A stretch of 64,000 bases of DNA from positions 384,001 to 448,000 of the forward strand of contig CAWJQI010000004.1 of the NCBI GenBank assembly GCA_963845085.1. The letters run 5' to 3'. The position numbers and the translations under genes are program-made. The stretch's first letter is position 1; each line of letters starts with the position of its first letter. Of this stretch, positions 30,558 to 40,238 are shown in pieces. Source of the DNA: Candidatus Fermentibacterota bacterium (lineage in GTDB: Bacteria; Fermentibacterota; Fermentibacteria; Fermentibacterales; JCC-6). Below the pieces are notes generated by a model, which worked only from the letters and a program-made list of their open reading frames with translations, made no database searches and was not told where the DNA came from.

Positions 30558-32613
30558 TCAGGTAATGATGCCCATCTTCTCAAGAAGATCGCGCTGTACG
30601 TTCGGCGGAGTGTTCTCATACCTCAGGAACTGCATTGAAAAGCCGGCGCGTCCCTGAGTGATGCTTCTGACATTACTGGAGTAGCCGAACAATTCGGCAA
30701 GGGGCACCCTTGCGCGCACGTCCCGTGCCTCACCCCTCTGGTCGATGGCGTCGACCTGGCCCCGGCGCGAGTTGATGTCTCCGAGAACGTCTCCGAGATA
30801 GTCGATGGGTGTTATCACATCCAGTGACATGATGGGCTCCCGGATCACGGGCGTTCCGTCCTTCAGGGCGTCGCGAAGGGCCGATGCGGCCGCAGAGGAG
30901 TACCCGAGCTCTGTGGAATCAGTCTCGTGCACCCTGGCTTCGACCACTGTGATCCTCACACCGTCGACTGGAAAACCGGCAAGTGCGCCGGCCCCGATGC
31001 TGCCCCTGATGCCGGCCTTGGCAGCTTCAACGAACGAGGCGGCAGAGACCGGGAACCGTACACTCAACCTCGACTCCCGCAGGCGTCGGCTCGACAAGAA
31101 CAACGGCATGGCCGAAGTTGCCCCTGCCGGCGATCAGCCTTTCGAAAACGCCCTCCCCTCTCCCTGTCCGGGAGACCCCTTCGCGATATGAAACCTGCGG
31201 GTTCCCGGTGTGGACCTGGAGCTTCCGCTCACGCTTGAGCCGGTCCACGACTATCTCGAGGTGAAGCTCGCCCATGCCCATGATAAGGTTCTGCCCGGTG
31301 TCGCGGTCGACCCCGACCTTCAGGCTGGGATCTTCGCTGGTCATCTCGGAAAGGGCATCCTCGAGCGCCTTGTCGTCCCTGGCGCCCACCGGCTCGATCG
31401 CCATCTGCATGACGGGTTCGGCGAACTCGATGGACTCGAGGGTGATGGGCTGGTCGGGTATTGTCAGCGTGTCTCCCGTGGCGGCGTCCTTCATGCCTGC
31501 AGCTGCGATATCGCCGGCCTGGACGGCGTCGAGATGATCGCGTTTGTCCGCGTGCATGCGGACAAGGCGCATCATTCTCTCCTTCTTGCCGGTTCGGTTG
31601 TTGTAAACGGCCTGCCCGTCTTTGGCGGTGCCCGAATAGACCCTCATGTAGGCAAGCCTTCCAAGGTGGGAGTCGGTCTGGATCTTGAAAACAAGCGCCG
31701 TGAACGGCGCGTCGACAGACCTTTCTCTTTGGGCCGGTACCCCCGATGGCGTCCTTCCCGTCACGGGAGGAAGCTCCTCGGGAGCTGGGAGCCAGTTCAC
31801 GATCGCGTCAAGAAGCCGCTGCACGCCGACATTGCGCAGGGCGGCACCGCAGAGAACCGGCACGAAGCGTCTTTCGAGAGTGCCGGTGCGCATGAACGCG
31901 ATGATCTCGGCGGGGCCGAGACCTCCCGAAAAGTAGAGCTCCATGGCTTCCTCGCCGAGGTCGGCCACGGCTTCCTGGATCGCTTCAAGGGCTGCAGCCG
32001 TTCTTTCCTGCATGTCATCGGGAATAACATCCTCCCTGATGCTCTCCCCGAGCGAATCCGGATCGAAGTAAACGGCTTTCCCGTGGATGACGTCAACGAT
32101 TCCCCGGAACGCCTGACCACTGCCGATTGGCAGGGTAACGGGAAGCGGCCTGGCGCCGAGTATGTCATGCATCATCCGGAGAACCCGCGGGAAGTCGGCT
32201 CCCTGGCGGTCCATCTTGTTCACGAAAGCAATCGAAGGGACATTGTACTTCCGGGCCTGGCGCCAGACGGTCTCGGTCTGCGGCTCCACGCCGCCCACCG
32301 CGCAGAAGACCGCTACTCCGCCGTCGAGGACGCGCAGCGACCTTTCCACCTCCGCCGTGAAGTCAACATGCCCGGGTGTGTCTATGATGTTGATGGTGGT
32401 GTTCTTCCATGAGCAGGTGGTGGCGGCGGACACGATCGTGATGCCCCGCTCCCTCTCCTGGGGCATCCAATCCATCACGGCGGTGCCGTGATCGACATCG
32501 CCCATGCGATGGGTTCGACCCGTATAAAAAAGGATCCTCTCGGTGACCGTCGTCTTGCCCGCGTCGATATGGGCGAAGATGCCGATGTTCCGTAAGGCGC
32601 TGGGACTATTCAT
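30558..32613 (-). CDS. fusA: Elongation factor G; +1 frameshift near 31050
   Basis: [52 protein letters not shown]; second frame [36 protein letters not shown]. Confidence 0.92.
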
Positions 32614-32655
32614 GGGCAGACCTGTTCCCCCCTGCTTGTGCGGTACAGGAGGGCA

Positions 32656-32683
32656 ACCTTACAACGGGGACCCGTTTTGTCAA
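32656..32683 (-). promoter_or_regulatory. Putative fusA promoter
   Basis: TTGACA-16 nt-TAAGGT, about 40 nt upstream of the fusA ATG. Confidence 0.6.
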
Positions 32684-32685
32684 GT

Positions 32686-33180
32686 TCAGCGGTAGATCGA
32701 GAGTTCCCTGGCGGCCCTTTCAGAATCGGGGTCGGGAATCGTCCCGACAGCCCTGATGCCCCGGATGTACTGCTCGGGAAGGTTGTTCTCGATGGCGCCC
32801 CTGATGACATGTTCCCGGTACCAGTCGTACGGTTTCAACGACGGATCGATCACTGTTGCGCAGTAAACCCCTGCTCTCACGACGCTGTTCTGGCAAAGAA
32901 CAACATCGACCTGCCGGTTTTCGTAGCCCGATCCCGCCCCCTCGATCGCATCCAGCCTGTCCATGCCTTCGGGATCGATCTCGTACACCACTCCGAGCAC
33001 CTCGTGCGTCGGATCCCCCGTGAAGAAGGCATCGCACTTCGCTGAACCGTCCCTCTCGCCGGCCTTGTGGAAAACGAGCCGGTATCCGCGGAGGGTTCCG
33101 ACACCCAGCCTGCGTACGGAAGGGATCCTTGCCGCAAGCCGTGCCAGCGACATGTTCGAGCCGTAAGCGAAGTATTTCAA
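32686..33180 (-). CDS. Gamma-glutamylcyclotransferase-family protein
   Basis: YFAYGSNM, GVVYEI..LDAIEG, PYDWY; TTG start after AGGAG. Confidence 0.88.
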   Translation of the reverse strand: MKYFAYGSNMSLARLAARIPSVRRLGVGTLRGYRLVFHKAGERDGSAKCDAFFTGDPTHEVLGVVYEIDPEGMDRLDAIEGAGSGYENRQVDVVLCQNSVVRAGVYCATVIDPSLKPYDWYREHVIRGAIENNLPEQYIRGIRAVGTIPDPDSERAARELSIYR

Positions 33181-34091
33181 CTGTTCTCCTGACCTGTCAG
33201 AAACCTGCATCCGCCCTCACACTCCGAACGAACTGCACAGCCGCGGCAGGAATCATAAGGGAATCTGCCTCTGAACAGCTGCACCTCGCTTCGACGGCTG
33301 AGAGTGGAGAAGTCATCGACAAGCAGGTTGCCGATGTCGACACCGCTCTGTTCACAGGTGCGCAGCCCGCCGACCGACCCAATCGCCCACTTGCCGTCAC
33401 CGCACCGGCACGCGGTTGGAACCACCCCCCATTCCGACATTCGGGGAAAGGCGCATGGTTCCATGGGAATTCCCGCATAGACCGGCAGCGAGCAGAGTGA
33501 GGCTGCCCGCCCTGCCGAAATGAATGCAGCATCCAGCTGGTCTTTTGAAGGCGCAAGCCATTCATCCGAGGGTCTGCCGGTTCGAACGAAGCGGTTCAGG
33601 CAGACCGCATCGGCACCGAGCGCGGCTGCGAGCCCCACGACCCTTCCGGCCATGCCGTGGCTTTCCGATGTGATGCAGAGCGATACGGTTACACTCGCGC
33701 CTGAGGCAGCGGCCGCAGCGATCCCCCCGGCCACTTCCTGGAAGGTGCTCTCCACCCCGATGTCAAAGTGGCCAACCCCTGCCCTCAGAAGCTCCCGGAC
33801 AAGTTCCGGAGTGAGCAGAAGCCCGTTCGTTGCAACGGCCGCGGTGAAACCGCAGGTTTTTGCATGCGTGGCAATTTCAACGATGTCATCGCGCAGAAGC
33901 GGCTCGCCCCCTGTAAGGGTCACTCCGGCCGCCTTAACATCGTGCGACAGACGGCCGAACAGTGACCCCACTTCGGAAAGGGGAAGCTCACCCTGAACAG
34001 AGACTCCGGGAGTTCGCCAGGCGTTGTAGCAGAAGCTGCAGGACAGGTTGCAGCGGGGTGTGACCTCGAAGGCGAACCAGGGGCGCCTCAG
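33177..34091 (-). CDS. Radical SAM protein with SPASM-like C-terminus; start uncertain
   Basis: CNLSCSFC, TGGEPLLR, TNG; C-terminal CRCG..C..IGN..CRGC..C.GGCR. Confidence 0.88.
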   Translation of the reverse strand: MRRPWFAFEVTPRCNLSCSFCYNAWRTPGVSVQGELPLSEVGSLFGRLSHDVKAAGVTLTGGEPLLRDDIVEIATHAKTCGFTAAVATNGLLLTPELVRELLRAGVGHFDIGVESTFQEVAGGIAAAAASGASVTVSLCITSESHGMAGRVVGLAAALGADAVCLNRFVRTGRPSDEWLAPSKDQLDAAFISAGRAASLCSLPVYAGIPMEPCAFPRMSEWGVVPTACRCGDGKWAIGSVGGLRTCEQSGVDIGNLLVDDFSTLSRRSEVQLFRGRFPYDSCRGCAVRSECEGGCRFLTGQENS

Positions 34092-34783
34092 TGAAGTCCG
34101 TCCATCAGGTCGGAGAGGAGCGGGGCCAGATAGGGGCGCATTTCCCTGAATCCCTGAAGCCTTTCTTCCCCGAACTCCTCCGCGAGGGACCGGTATAAAA
34201 GCTCGATCTCCATAAGGCGTTCCTCCTGGGGGTACGCCATGTAGCCGCGCTGATCTCCAACAGTCTGCAGAAGAGCCCAGCATTCGAACTGCCTGTAAAG
34301 GGTGTCCGACGCGGCGGCGATAACCTCCTCGGAGATGCCACCATCCGTGCGGAGCTTCTCAAGCTCGCGCAGCCTCGCATCGAGGTCGTAAAGCAGGTTA
34401 TCGCTCATGGTCAGCGTCCAGGCGGGCATCATGCGCGTGAGGAGCATCGGGTTCACTCTGCTCAACCTGAGGGCGCGAGTCTCGACAAGCAGGCCGGCCG
34501 TCTCGACCGCCCGCCACATGCCGCCGGTTTCCCCCGACGGGTTGAGCGCCTCGAGACTTTGCCTGACCCCCGCGGCTATGCTGTCAGCCTTGCCGGGATC
34601 AAGCTCACCGGCGGGTTCGAACTGCCCTCCAGTGCCCGGCACCCTGTTGAGTAACTCCCAGTATTCCCTGATGATCGCCCACTCCCCGGAGCCAAGCACC
34701 CGCTGAAGGGCCAGCCTCTGAAGCAGGCCGGACGGCTCGGTGCTCACTGCGGGAAGCGATGGAGGAGGCGCCTGCTGAAGCAT
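34088..34783 (-). CDS. Hypothetical helical protein coupled to the radical SAM gene
   Basis: 231-aa ORF overlapping both neighbours' start/stop codons. Confidence 0.7.
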   Translation of the reverse strand: MLQQAPPPSLPAVSTEPSGLLQRLALQRVLGSGEWAIIREYWELLNRVPGTGGQFEPAGELDPGKADSIAAGVRQSLEALNPSGETGGMWRAVETAGLLVETRALRLSRVNPMLLTRMMPAWTLTMSDNLLYDLDARLRELEKLRTDGGISEEVIAAASDTLYRQFECWALLQTVGDQRGYMAYPQEERLMEIELLYRSLAEEFGEERLQGFREMRPYLAPLLSDLMDGLH

Positions 34784-35388
34784 CAGAGCCTGCCTGCCTT
34801 GAGTGCGGCAGCAACGGCAACCAATTCTGCCACCACCCTTCTCACTGATGAGACATTTCTTTTGTCAGTGAGTTCTCCCCTCTCCCCGAACGCCTCCCGG
34901 GCTCCGGACACGGCGTGCTGAGACGGAATGACCATCACACCGAGATTTGTCAGAAGAACCCTCAGTGCCGAGAGACTCCGCAACCCCCCGAGGCTTCCGG
35001 GAGAGGCGGCCAGAATCGCCGCCGTCTTTCCCTGGAAAGCCGAGAGAGGTTTTTCGTCATTCGTCTCCGAGCGGGACGCCCAGTCCAGAACATTCTTCAG
35101 CAGGGGCGTCACAAACCCGTTGTACTCGGGCGACGCGATAAGGAATCCGTCGTGATCGGCCAGCAGCCTCTTGAACTCCAGCCCTTCCCCGGGAATGCCG
35201 TTCGATGCCTCGAGGTCTTCGTTCATGAGCGGCATGGGGTAGTCGGCAAGCTCGACCAGCGTGACCTCTGCACCCGCCTCCTCCGCGAAGCCGGCAGCCT
35301 GTGCTGCGAGCATGCGGTTGAAGGATCCCCTGCGCGAACTGCCGGCGAAGGCGAGAACACGCGGTCTGCGGGTGATCACGTCAGTCAA
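34783..35388 (-). CDS. NADPH-dependent FMN reductase
   Basis: FAGSSRRGSFN, ASPEYNG..LKNVLDWASR, SPGSLGGLR. Confidence 0.93.
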   Translation of the reverse strand: MTDVITRRPRVLAFAGSSRRGSFNRMLAAQAAGFAEEAGAEVTLVELADYPMPLMNEDLEASNGIPGEGLEFKRLLADHDGFLIASPEYNGFVTPLLKNVLDWASRSETNDEKPLSAFQGKTAAILAASPGSLGGLRSLSALRVLLTNLGVMVIPSQHAVSGAREAFGERGELTDKRNVSSVRRVVAELVAVAAALKAGRL

Positions 35389-35929
35389 GGATCATCTTCA
35401 TACCGGCCCAGCTTGTTTCCTGAAGTTCGAAGCCCTGAATGGTTATCTCCGCCGTGGTCATGAACTCGTGCTGCGTGGTGAAATCGTCGGCACCGGCGGG
35501 ACCCCTTGCAAGAATGATGGGGTAGGTGGTGCCCGGCACCAGAGGCTTGTCGTACTGGTCCCCCGAATCGAGGGGGATGGTGAAACGGATCTGGGTTTCA
35601 CCCCCGGCTTCGGAACCTCCGTCGATGACCACATCATGGGTGCCCCCCATCAACGTGTCGGCCCTGTGGGAGGTGGCCTGCCAGCCGAAGTCGTCGCGGA
35701 TGAATGTATCGCCGCCGGACACGTAGCCGATGATGATGTTGGCGTCGAGCATCATCGTTGAGGGATCGAAGCCGACTGCCACCCAGCCGGTGGTGGGTCC
35801 GGTGAGCTCAACGGAGAGGTCTCCTCCGGCCTGGGTCTCCCAGCGGAGAGTAAACCCCGAGACCTCGATCTCCTGCCAGGCGATAGATGTGCCAGCGAGA
35901 AACACGCACAGTATCAAATACTTCGCCAC
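35381..35929 (-). CDS. Secreted DOMON-domain protein
   Basis: Signal peptide; PTTGWVAVGF..MLDANIIIGY..IRDDF; C-terminal H; ends ELQETSWAGMK. Confidence 0.85.
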   Translation of the reverse strand: MAKYLILCVFLAGTSIAWQEIEVSGFTLRWETQAGGDLSVELTGPTTGWVAVGFDPSTMMLDANIIIGYVSGGDTFIRDDFGWQATSHRADTLMGGTHDVVIDGGSEAGGETQIRFTIPLDSGDQYDKPLVPGTTYPIILARGPAGADDFTTQHEFMTTAEITIQGFELQETSWAGMKMILD

Positions 35930-36011
35930 AGCGCACCTTCCTTTCAAACCGTTGCACATGCATAATAATACAAAGGTCTGGCTGGAAAACCATTAGCGTG
36001 TTGGAGGAAGC

Positions 36012-36542
36012 ATGAGACCCTGGCAGGCAGCACTGGTCGCCCTGATTCTTGCCGCAGGCTGCGGTGACGACCCCGCCGGCCCTTCGGGCGAGGATTGGCA
36101 GTCGTACACCACAGGCGACGTCGTGTTCGAATGGAGAATCGAGGAGGATGGAACGGTTCTTCACGTACGGCTTGAGGCACCCACCACCGGCTGGGTGGCG
36201 GTGGGGTTCGAACCGACCGTTCTGATGAAGGACGCCAACCTGATCATCGGCTATTCCGAAAACGACAGCGAGTACATCCGTGACGACTTCGGAACCAATG
36301 TAACCAGCCACGAGGCGGACCTTTCGCTCGGCGGAACGAGCGATGTGACCCTTCTCGGAGGCGGCCAGGTGGGCAACCGGACCAACATGGAGTTCTCGAT
36401 ACCAATGGCTTCAGGCGACGCCTACGATGTCGTTCTGACTCAGGGAACCACGCACACCATCATTCTGGCTTACGGTCCCAGCGGAGGCGATGATTTCACA
36501 AGCGCACACCAGTTCGCAGAAGCGGTTTCCCTCGAACTGTAG
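36012..36542 (+). CDS. DOMON-domain lipoprotein
   Basis: Lipobox LAAGC; PTTGWVAVGF..MKDANLIIGY..IRDDF..DDFTSAH. Confidence 0.85.
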   Translation: MRPWQAALVALILAAGCGDDPAGPSGEDWQSYTTGDVVFEWRIEEDGTVLHVRLEAPTTGWVAVGFEPTVLMKDANLIIGYSENDSEYIRDDFGTNVTSHEADLSLGGTSDVTLLGGGQVGNRTNMEFSIPMASGDAYDVVLTQGTTHTIILAYGPSGGDDFTSAHQFAEAVSLEL

Positions 36543-36548
36543 GAGGCA

Positions 36549-37283
36549 GTGATGAGAACAATTGTCGTTCTGCTCGCATTGGCCGTTCCCCTTGCCGCCT
36601 ACGGGCCCGGCATGCTGAACATCGAAACGCCGTCCGCAGGCGTGGAGGCACGAAGCATTGAATTCAGGCTCAACCACCGTTTTTACGGCACAGCCCTGAA
36701 GAATGAACCTCTCGAGACCTTCTTCGGAATGGACAACGGCGCCAACATCGGCGTCGAGCTTGGCTGGTTTCCTGTCAACGCGCTGGAAATAAGGGCGGGA
36801 CACGTCCGTTCCGGGAGGGAATACACGCTGGGCGGCTACTGGAGCGCATTCGTCGACAGATTCGAAGCAGCTTTCTCGATGGGCTATTCATCCGTCAAGC
36901 AGTCAGCCAACCAGGACCGGGAGGGCGGACTGACTCTCATCGGGGCATTCTCGGCCCCCTTCGCCGACGGCAGGGTGATCCCGACGGTCAACTACTGCTA
37001 TGACGGAAGAACCGAGCGGCACGGCCCGGGCTTCGGGCTGTCGCTGGGTCTTTCCGACAACACGGCGCTTGTCGGCGAGTTCTTTCCTGTGGTCGACAGG
37101 GACGATGATGACCCCCAGATACTTCCGGAAGACGTCTTCAGCTTCGGTGTCCGCCGCACGACATGGGGACACCAGTTCATCGTCTGCATGGGCAACGCCC
37201 CGGGAACAGGGCCGAGGGGCCAGCTCAACGGGGCGGCGACGAACGACCTGTCCATCGGATTCACGGTTCGAAGGATGTTCTAG
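36549..37283 (+). CDS. Outer-membrane beta-barrel protein (DUF5777-like)
   Basis: Signal peptide; FRLNHRF..FFGMDNGANI, T.GHQF, terminal Phe. Confidence 0.7.
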   Translation: MMRTIVVLLALAVPLAAYGPGMLNIETPSAGVEARSIEFRLNHRFYGTALKNEPLETFFGMDNGANIGVELGWFPVNALEIRAGHVRSGREYTLGGYWSAFVDRFEAAFSMGYSSVKQSANQDREGGLTLIGAFSAPFADGRVIPTVNYCYDGRTERHGPGFGLSLGLSDNTALVGEFFPVVDRDDDDPQILPEDVFSFGVRRTTWGHQFIVCMGNAPGTGPRGQLNGAATNDLSIGFTVRRMF

Positions 37284-37295
37284 AAAGGGGCCTTC

Positions 37296-37697
37296 ATGGG
37301 GAAGTTCACACCCGACCCCGATGAGAGGGTTTTTACCGAGAAGCGCAGGTACACGTTGCAGGGCGGCAGGATAAAGTTCCCTGTTGACTGTCGGTGCATT
37401 CTCACGGACAGAAGGTTCGTCTTCCATGATCTGGGAAAACTGGCGCCCCTTTACATGCAGCTTGGCATACTTCTCAAGCTTCTCATCAGGGGCAGGCCGG
37501 TCAGCCTTCCGTACGGAAGCATCAAACTGAGCAGGGGCACCTACGGCAGAAACTCGAAGATGCTCCTGGTTGCATCCGATGACGGCAACAGTGTCCTGCT
37601 TGACGGCTTCGACAAGTCGCTGGAGTGGATTCGCACCACCCTCGAGGAGAACGGGATGGGCCTCGTCCAGACCGGCGGGGAGGAGTGGAGGCTGTAA
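37296..37697 (+). CDS. Hypothetical protein (possibly PH-like fold)
   Basis: RBS and operon position; ILTDRRFVF. Confidence 0.6.
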   Translation: MGKFTPDPDERVFTEKRRYTLQGGRIKFPVDCRCILTDRRFVFHDLGKLAPLYMQLGILLKLLIRGRPVSLPYGSIKLSRGTYGRNSKMLLVASDDGNSVLLDGFDKSLEWIRTTLEENGMGLVQTGGEEWRL

Positions 37698-37708
37698 CAG
37701 GCCCTGTG

Positions 37709-38941
37709 ATGCCAGACAGACTCGGCACAATAGTCATCGGGGCGGGTCCTGCGGGGCTTTTTTGCGCACTCCACGCATGCCGCGGGAATAACAGAGTGCT
37801 TCTGCTCGAAAAAAACGGTTCAGCCGGCAGGAAGCTTCTTCTCTCGGGATCGGGGCAGTGCAACTTCACCCATTCCGGAGACATGGGCGAGTTCACCAAC
37901 CACTACGGCGAAGCGGCCAACTTCGTGAAACCCGCCCTTTTTGCATTCACCAACATGGACCTGTGCAGCTTCCTCGCGGAAAACGGAGTGCGGACGATCG
38001 CCCGTGATGACGGCAAGATGTTCCCGGCCAGCATGAATGCCCGTGATGTACTTCTGGCCCTTCTGCGTTCCTGCGAGATCTCCGGTGCGGGGGTCCGCTA
38101 TGAATCGGCCGTCACATCCGTCACGATCGATGGCGCGGGGTTCAGGGTGGAAACACGGGATGATGCTTTTCGTTCCGATTCCCTCGTGATTGCGGCGGGG
38201 GGAATGTCGTACCCCGACACGGGCTCGAACGGTGATGGTTTCACAATTGCAGGGTCACTGGGGCACACCGTCACCGGGATCACCCCCGCCCTGGCTCCGA
38301 TCATCGCCGGGGCACCCTTTCCCGGTGAGCTCGCGGGTGTGTCGCTGAAGGATGCCGGGATCATCGTGAACCGTTCAGGAAGAAGGGCCGCTTCGGGCAG
38401 AGGCGACGTTCTTTTCACGGGCAACGGGCTCTCGGGGCCTGGAATTCTCGATCTGAGCCGCTCCATAAGGGATGCCGATGTGCTTTCCCTGTCCCTCACC
38501 GGCATGAGCTCAGGCGATGTGGAAACCCGCCTGATCGCTGCACTTCAGGAGGGGGGAAAGAAAACGGTGCGCAACATCCTGAAAACCCTTGGAATCCCCG
38601 AAAGGCTTGCGGATACGGTTCTTGAACTGGCCGGGACCGACCCTGCCCGAAAGGGTGGAGAGGTGAGCAGAACCGAGCGCATGAGAATTCTGGGCTTCAT
38701 CACGGGTTTCCCCGTCACGGTTGAAAAAAAGGGCGGGTTCCCTGTTGCCATGGCCACCGCAGGCGGCGTTCACAGGGATGAGATCGACCGGCATTCCATG
38801 CGGTCAAGGCTGGTGGCGAACCTCTACTTCGCGGGTGAGGTGATCGACGTCGACGGCGACACCGGCGGCTACAACCTTCAGTGGGCCTTCTCGTCGGGTC
38901 GGGCCGCCGCGAAGGCGATCCTCGGCACTTCGCAGAAATGA
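37709..38941 (+). CDS. HI0933/BaiN-family FAD-dependent oxidoreductase
   Basis: IGAGPAGL, GRKLLLSGSGQCNFT, GGMSYP.TGS.GDG, GLSGP, LYFAGEVIDVDGDTGGYNLQWAFSSG. Confidence 0.93.
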   Translation: MPDRLGTIVIGAGPAGLFCALHACRGNNRVLLLEKNGSAGRKLLLSGSGQCNFTHSGDMGEFTNHYGEAANFVKPALFAFTNMDLCSFLAENGVRTIARDDGKMFPASMNARDVLLALLRSCEISGAGVRYESAVTSVTIDGAGFRVETRDDAFRSDSLVIAAGGMSYPDTGSNGDGFTIAGSLGHTVTGITPALAPIIAGAPFPGELAGVSLKDAGIIVNRSGRRAASGRGDVLFTGNGLSGPGILDLSRSIRDADVLSLSLTGMSSGDVETRLIAALQEGGKKTVRNILKTLGIPERLADTVLELAGTDPARKGGEVSRTERMRILGFITGFPVTVEKKGGFPVAMATAGGVHRDEIDRHSMRSRLVANLYFAGEVIDVDGDTGGYNLQWAFSSGRAAAKAILGTSQK

Positions 38942-39032
38942 TGCTGTAAATCATTGTTCATCAATGTTTTCGTAAATTGATGGCCGCGATGCTATAATCC
39001 GGAAACATTTTCCGGGGAAGGCATCGCAGATA

Positions 39033-40229
39033 ATGAAAAGAAACACTCGCGCATGGACCATCGTCCTCTCGGGCATGGGCATAAACCTGTCCTTCGGTGT
39101 CCTCTACGCCTGGAGCATCTTTGCAGCCAACCTCAGGGAATCCTACGGCTGGAGCAGCACCCAGGCCTCGCTGCCCTACACAATGGCCGTGGCCATGTTC
39201 GCAGTCATGATGATTGCCGGCGGCCGCCTCCAGGACAAATACGGCCCGAGGTTCGCCGTAACGCTTGCAGGTATCCTGGTCGGCGCCGGAATGGTCCTCT
39301 CCAGCTTTTTTCAGAGCGTTCCGGGGCTTGTGCTGTGCTTTGGCATACTGGCCGGCTCCGGGATCGGTCTGGGGTATTCCGCCACGACCCCTGTGGCCAT
39401 CAAATGGTTCCCGCCGGCCAGGAAGGGGCTCATTTCCGGCATGGTTGTCGGAGGCTTCGGTGCGGCAACGATCTACATCGCACCCCTTACCAACTACCTC
39501 ATCCAGGATCACGGGCTGTTCAATTCCCTCAGAATCCTTGGCATTGCCTTCTTCGTAGTTGTAGTGGGGCTCGCCCAGACACTGAGGAACCCCGGAACGG
39601 AAGAGCAGGCGGCTGCCGCTCCCGCAAACGCCGTTTCGACGGCACGCAACTGCACCTGGAAGGAAATGATCCGGACAAGGCAGTTCTACCAGCTCTGGGT
39701 AATGTTCGTGGCCGGCGCCCTGGCCGGTCTGATGATAATCGGGCACCTTTCGACCATCGCCAGGGTGCAGACCGGACAGAACTTCGGCTTCCTTCTCGTG
39801 GCATTCATGGCTGTCAGCAACGCCCTTGGCCGCCCCATAGCGGGAACGATCTCCGACCGCCTTGGTCGTGCAAGAACCATGATGATCCTTTACATAGCCC
39901 AGGGAACGGTTCTCTTGTTTTTCCCGAACTTCGGCAGTTTTGCCTCGATCCTCTTCGGCGCAGCCGTGGTCACCTTCGCTTACGGCGCGATGCTTTCCGT
40001 GTACCCTTCCGCAGTCGGTGACTTCTACGGCACAAAGAACCTCGGGCTCAACTACGGAGTGCTCTTCACCGCCTGGGGCGTCGGCGGACAGATCGGTCCG
40101 ATGATGGCGGGAAGGATCCTCGACGCAACGGGGGGTTACACGGCTGCCTACTACACCGCTGCGGCGCTCTGTTTCGTGGCGGCCATCATCGGCTTTACGC
40201 TCAGGCCGGTTGCGAACAGGAAAGACTGA
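39033..40229 (+). CDS. MFS transporter, OFA (oxalate:formate antiporter) family
   Basis: GVLYAWSIF, GRLQDKYGPR, KWFP..KGL, YGTKNLGLNYGVLFTAWG. Confidence 0.92.
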   Translation: MKRNTRAWTIVLSGMGINLSFGVLYAWSIFAANLRESYGWSSTQASLPYTMAVAMFAVMMIAGGRLQDKYGPRFAVTLAGILVGAGMVLSSFFQSVPGLVLCFGILAGSGIGLGYSATTPVAIKWFPPARKGLISGMVVGGFGAATIYIAPLTNYLIQDHGLFNSLRILGIAFFVVVVGLAQTLRNPGTEEQAAAAPANAVSTARNCTWKEMIRTRQFYQLWVMFVAGALAGLMIIGHLSTIARVQTGQNFGFLLVAFMAVSNALGRPIAGTISDRLGRARTMMILYIAQGTVLLFFPNFGSFASILFGAAVVTFAYGAMLSVYPSAVGDFYGTKNLGLNYGVLFTAWGVGGQIGPMMAGRILDATGGYTAAYYTAAALCFVAAIIGFTLRPVANRKD

Positions 40230-40238
40230 CGGCGGGGT

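Noticed and set aside
31027..31109. Programmed frameshift or genuinely split EF-G
   Set aside because: No slippery heptamer, and the same +1 polarity as the other breaks, so a sequencing error is more parsimonious
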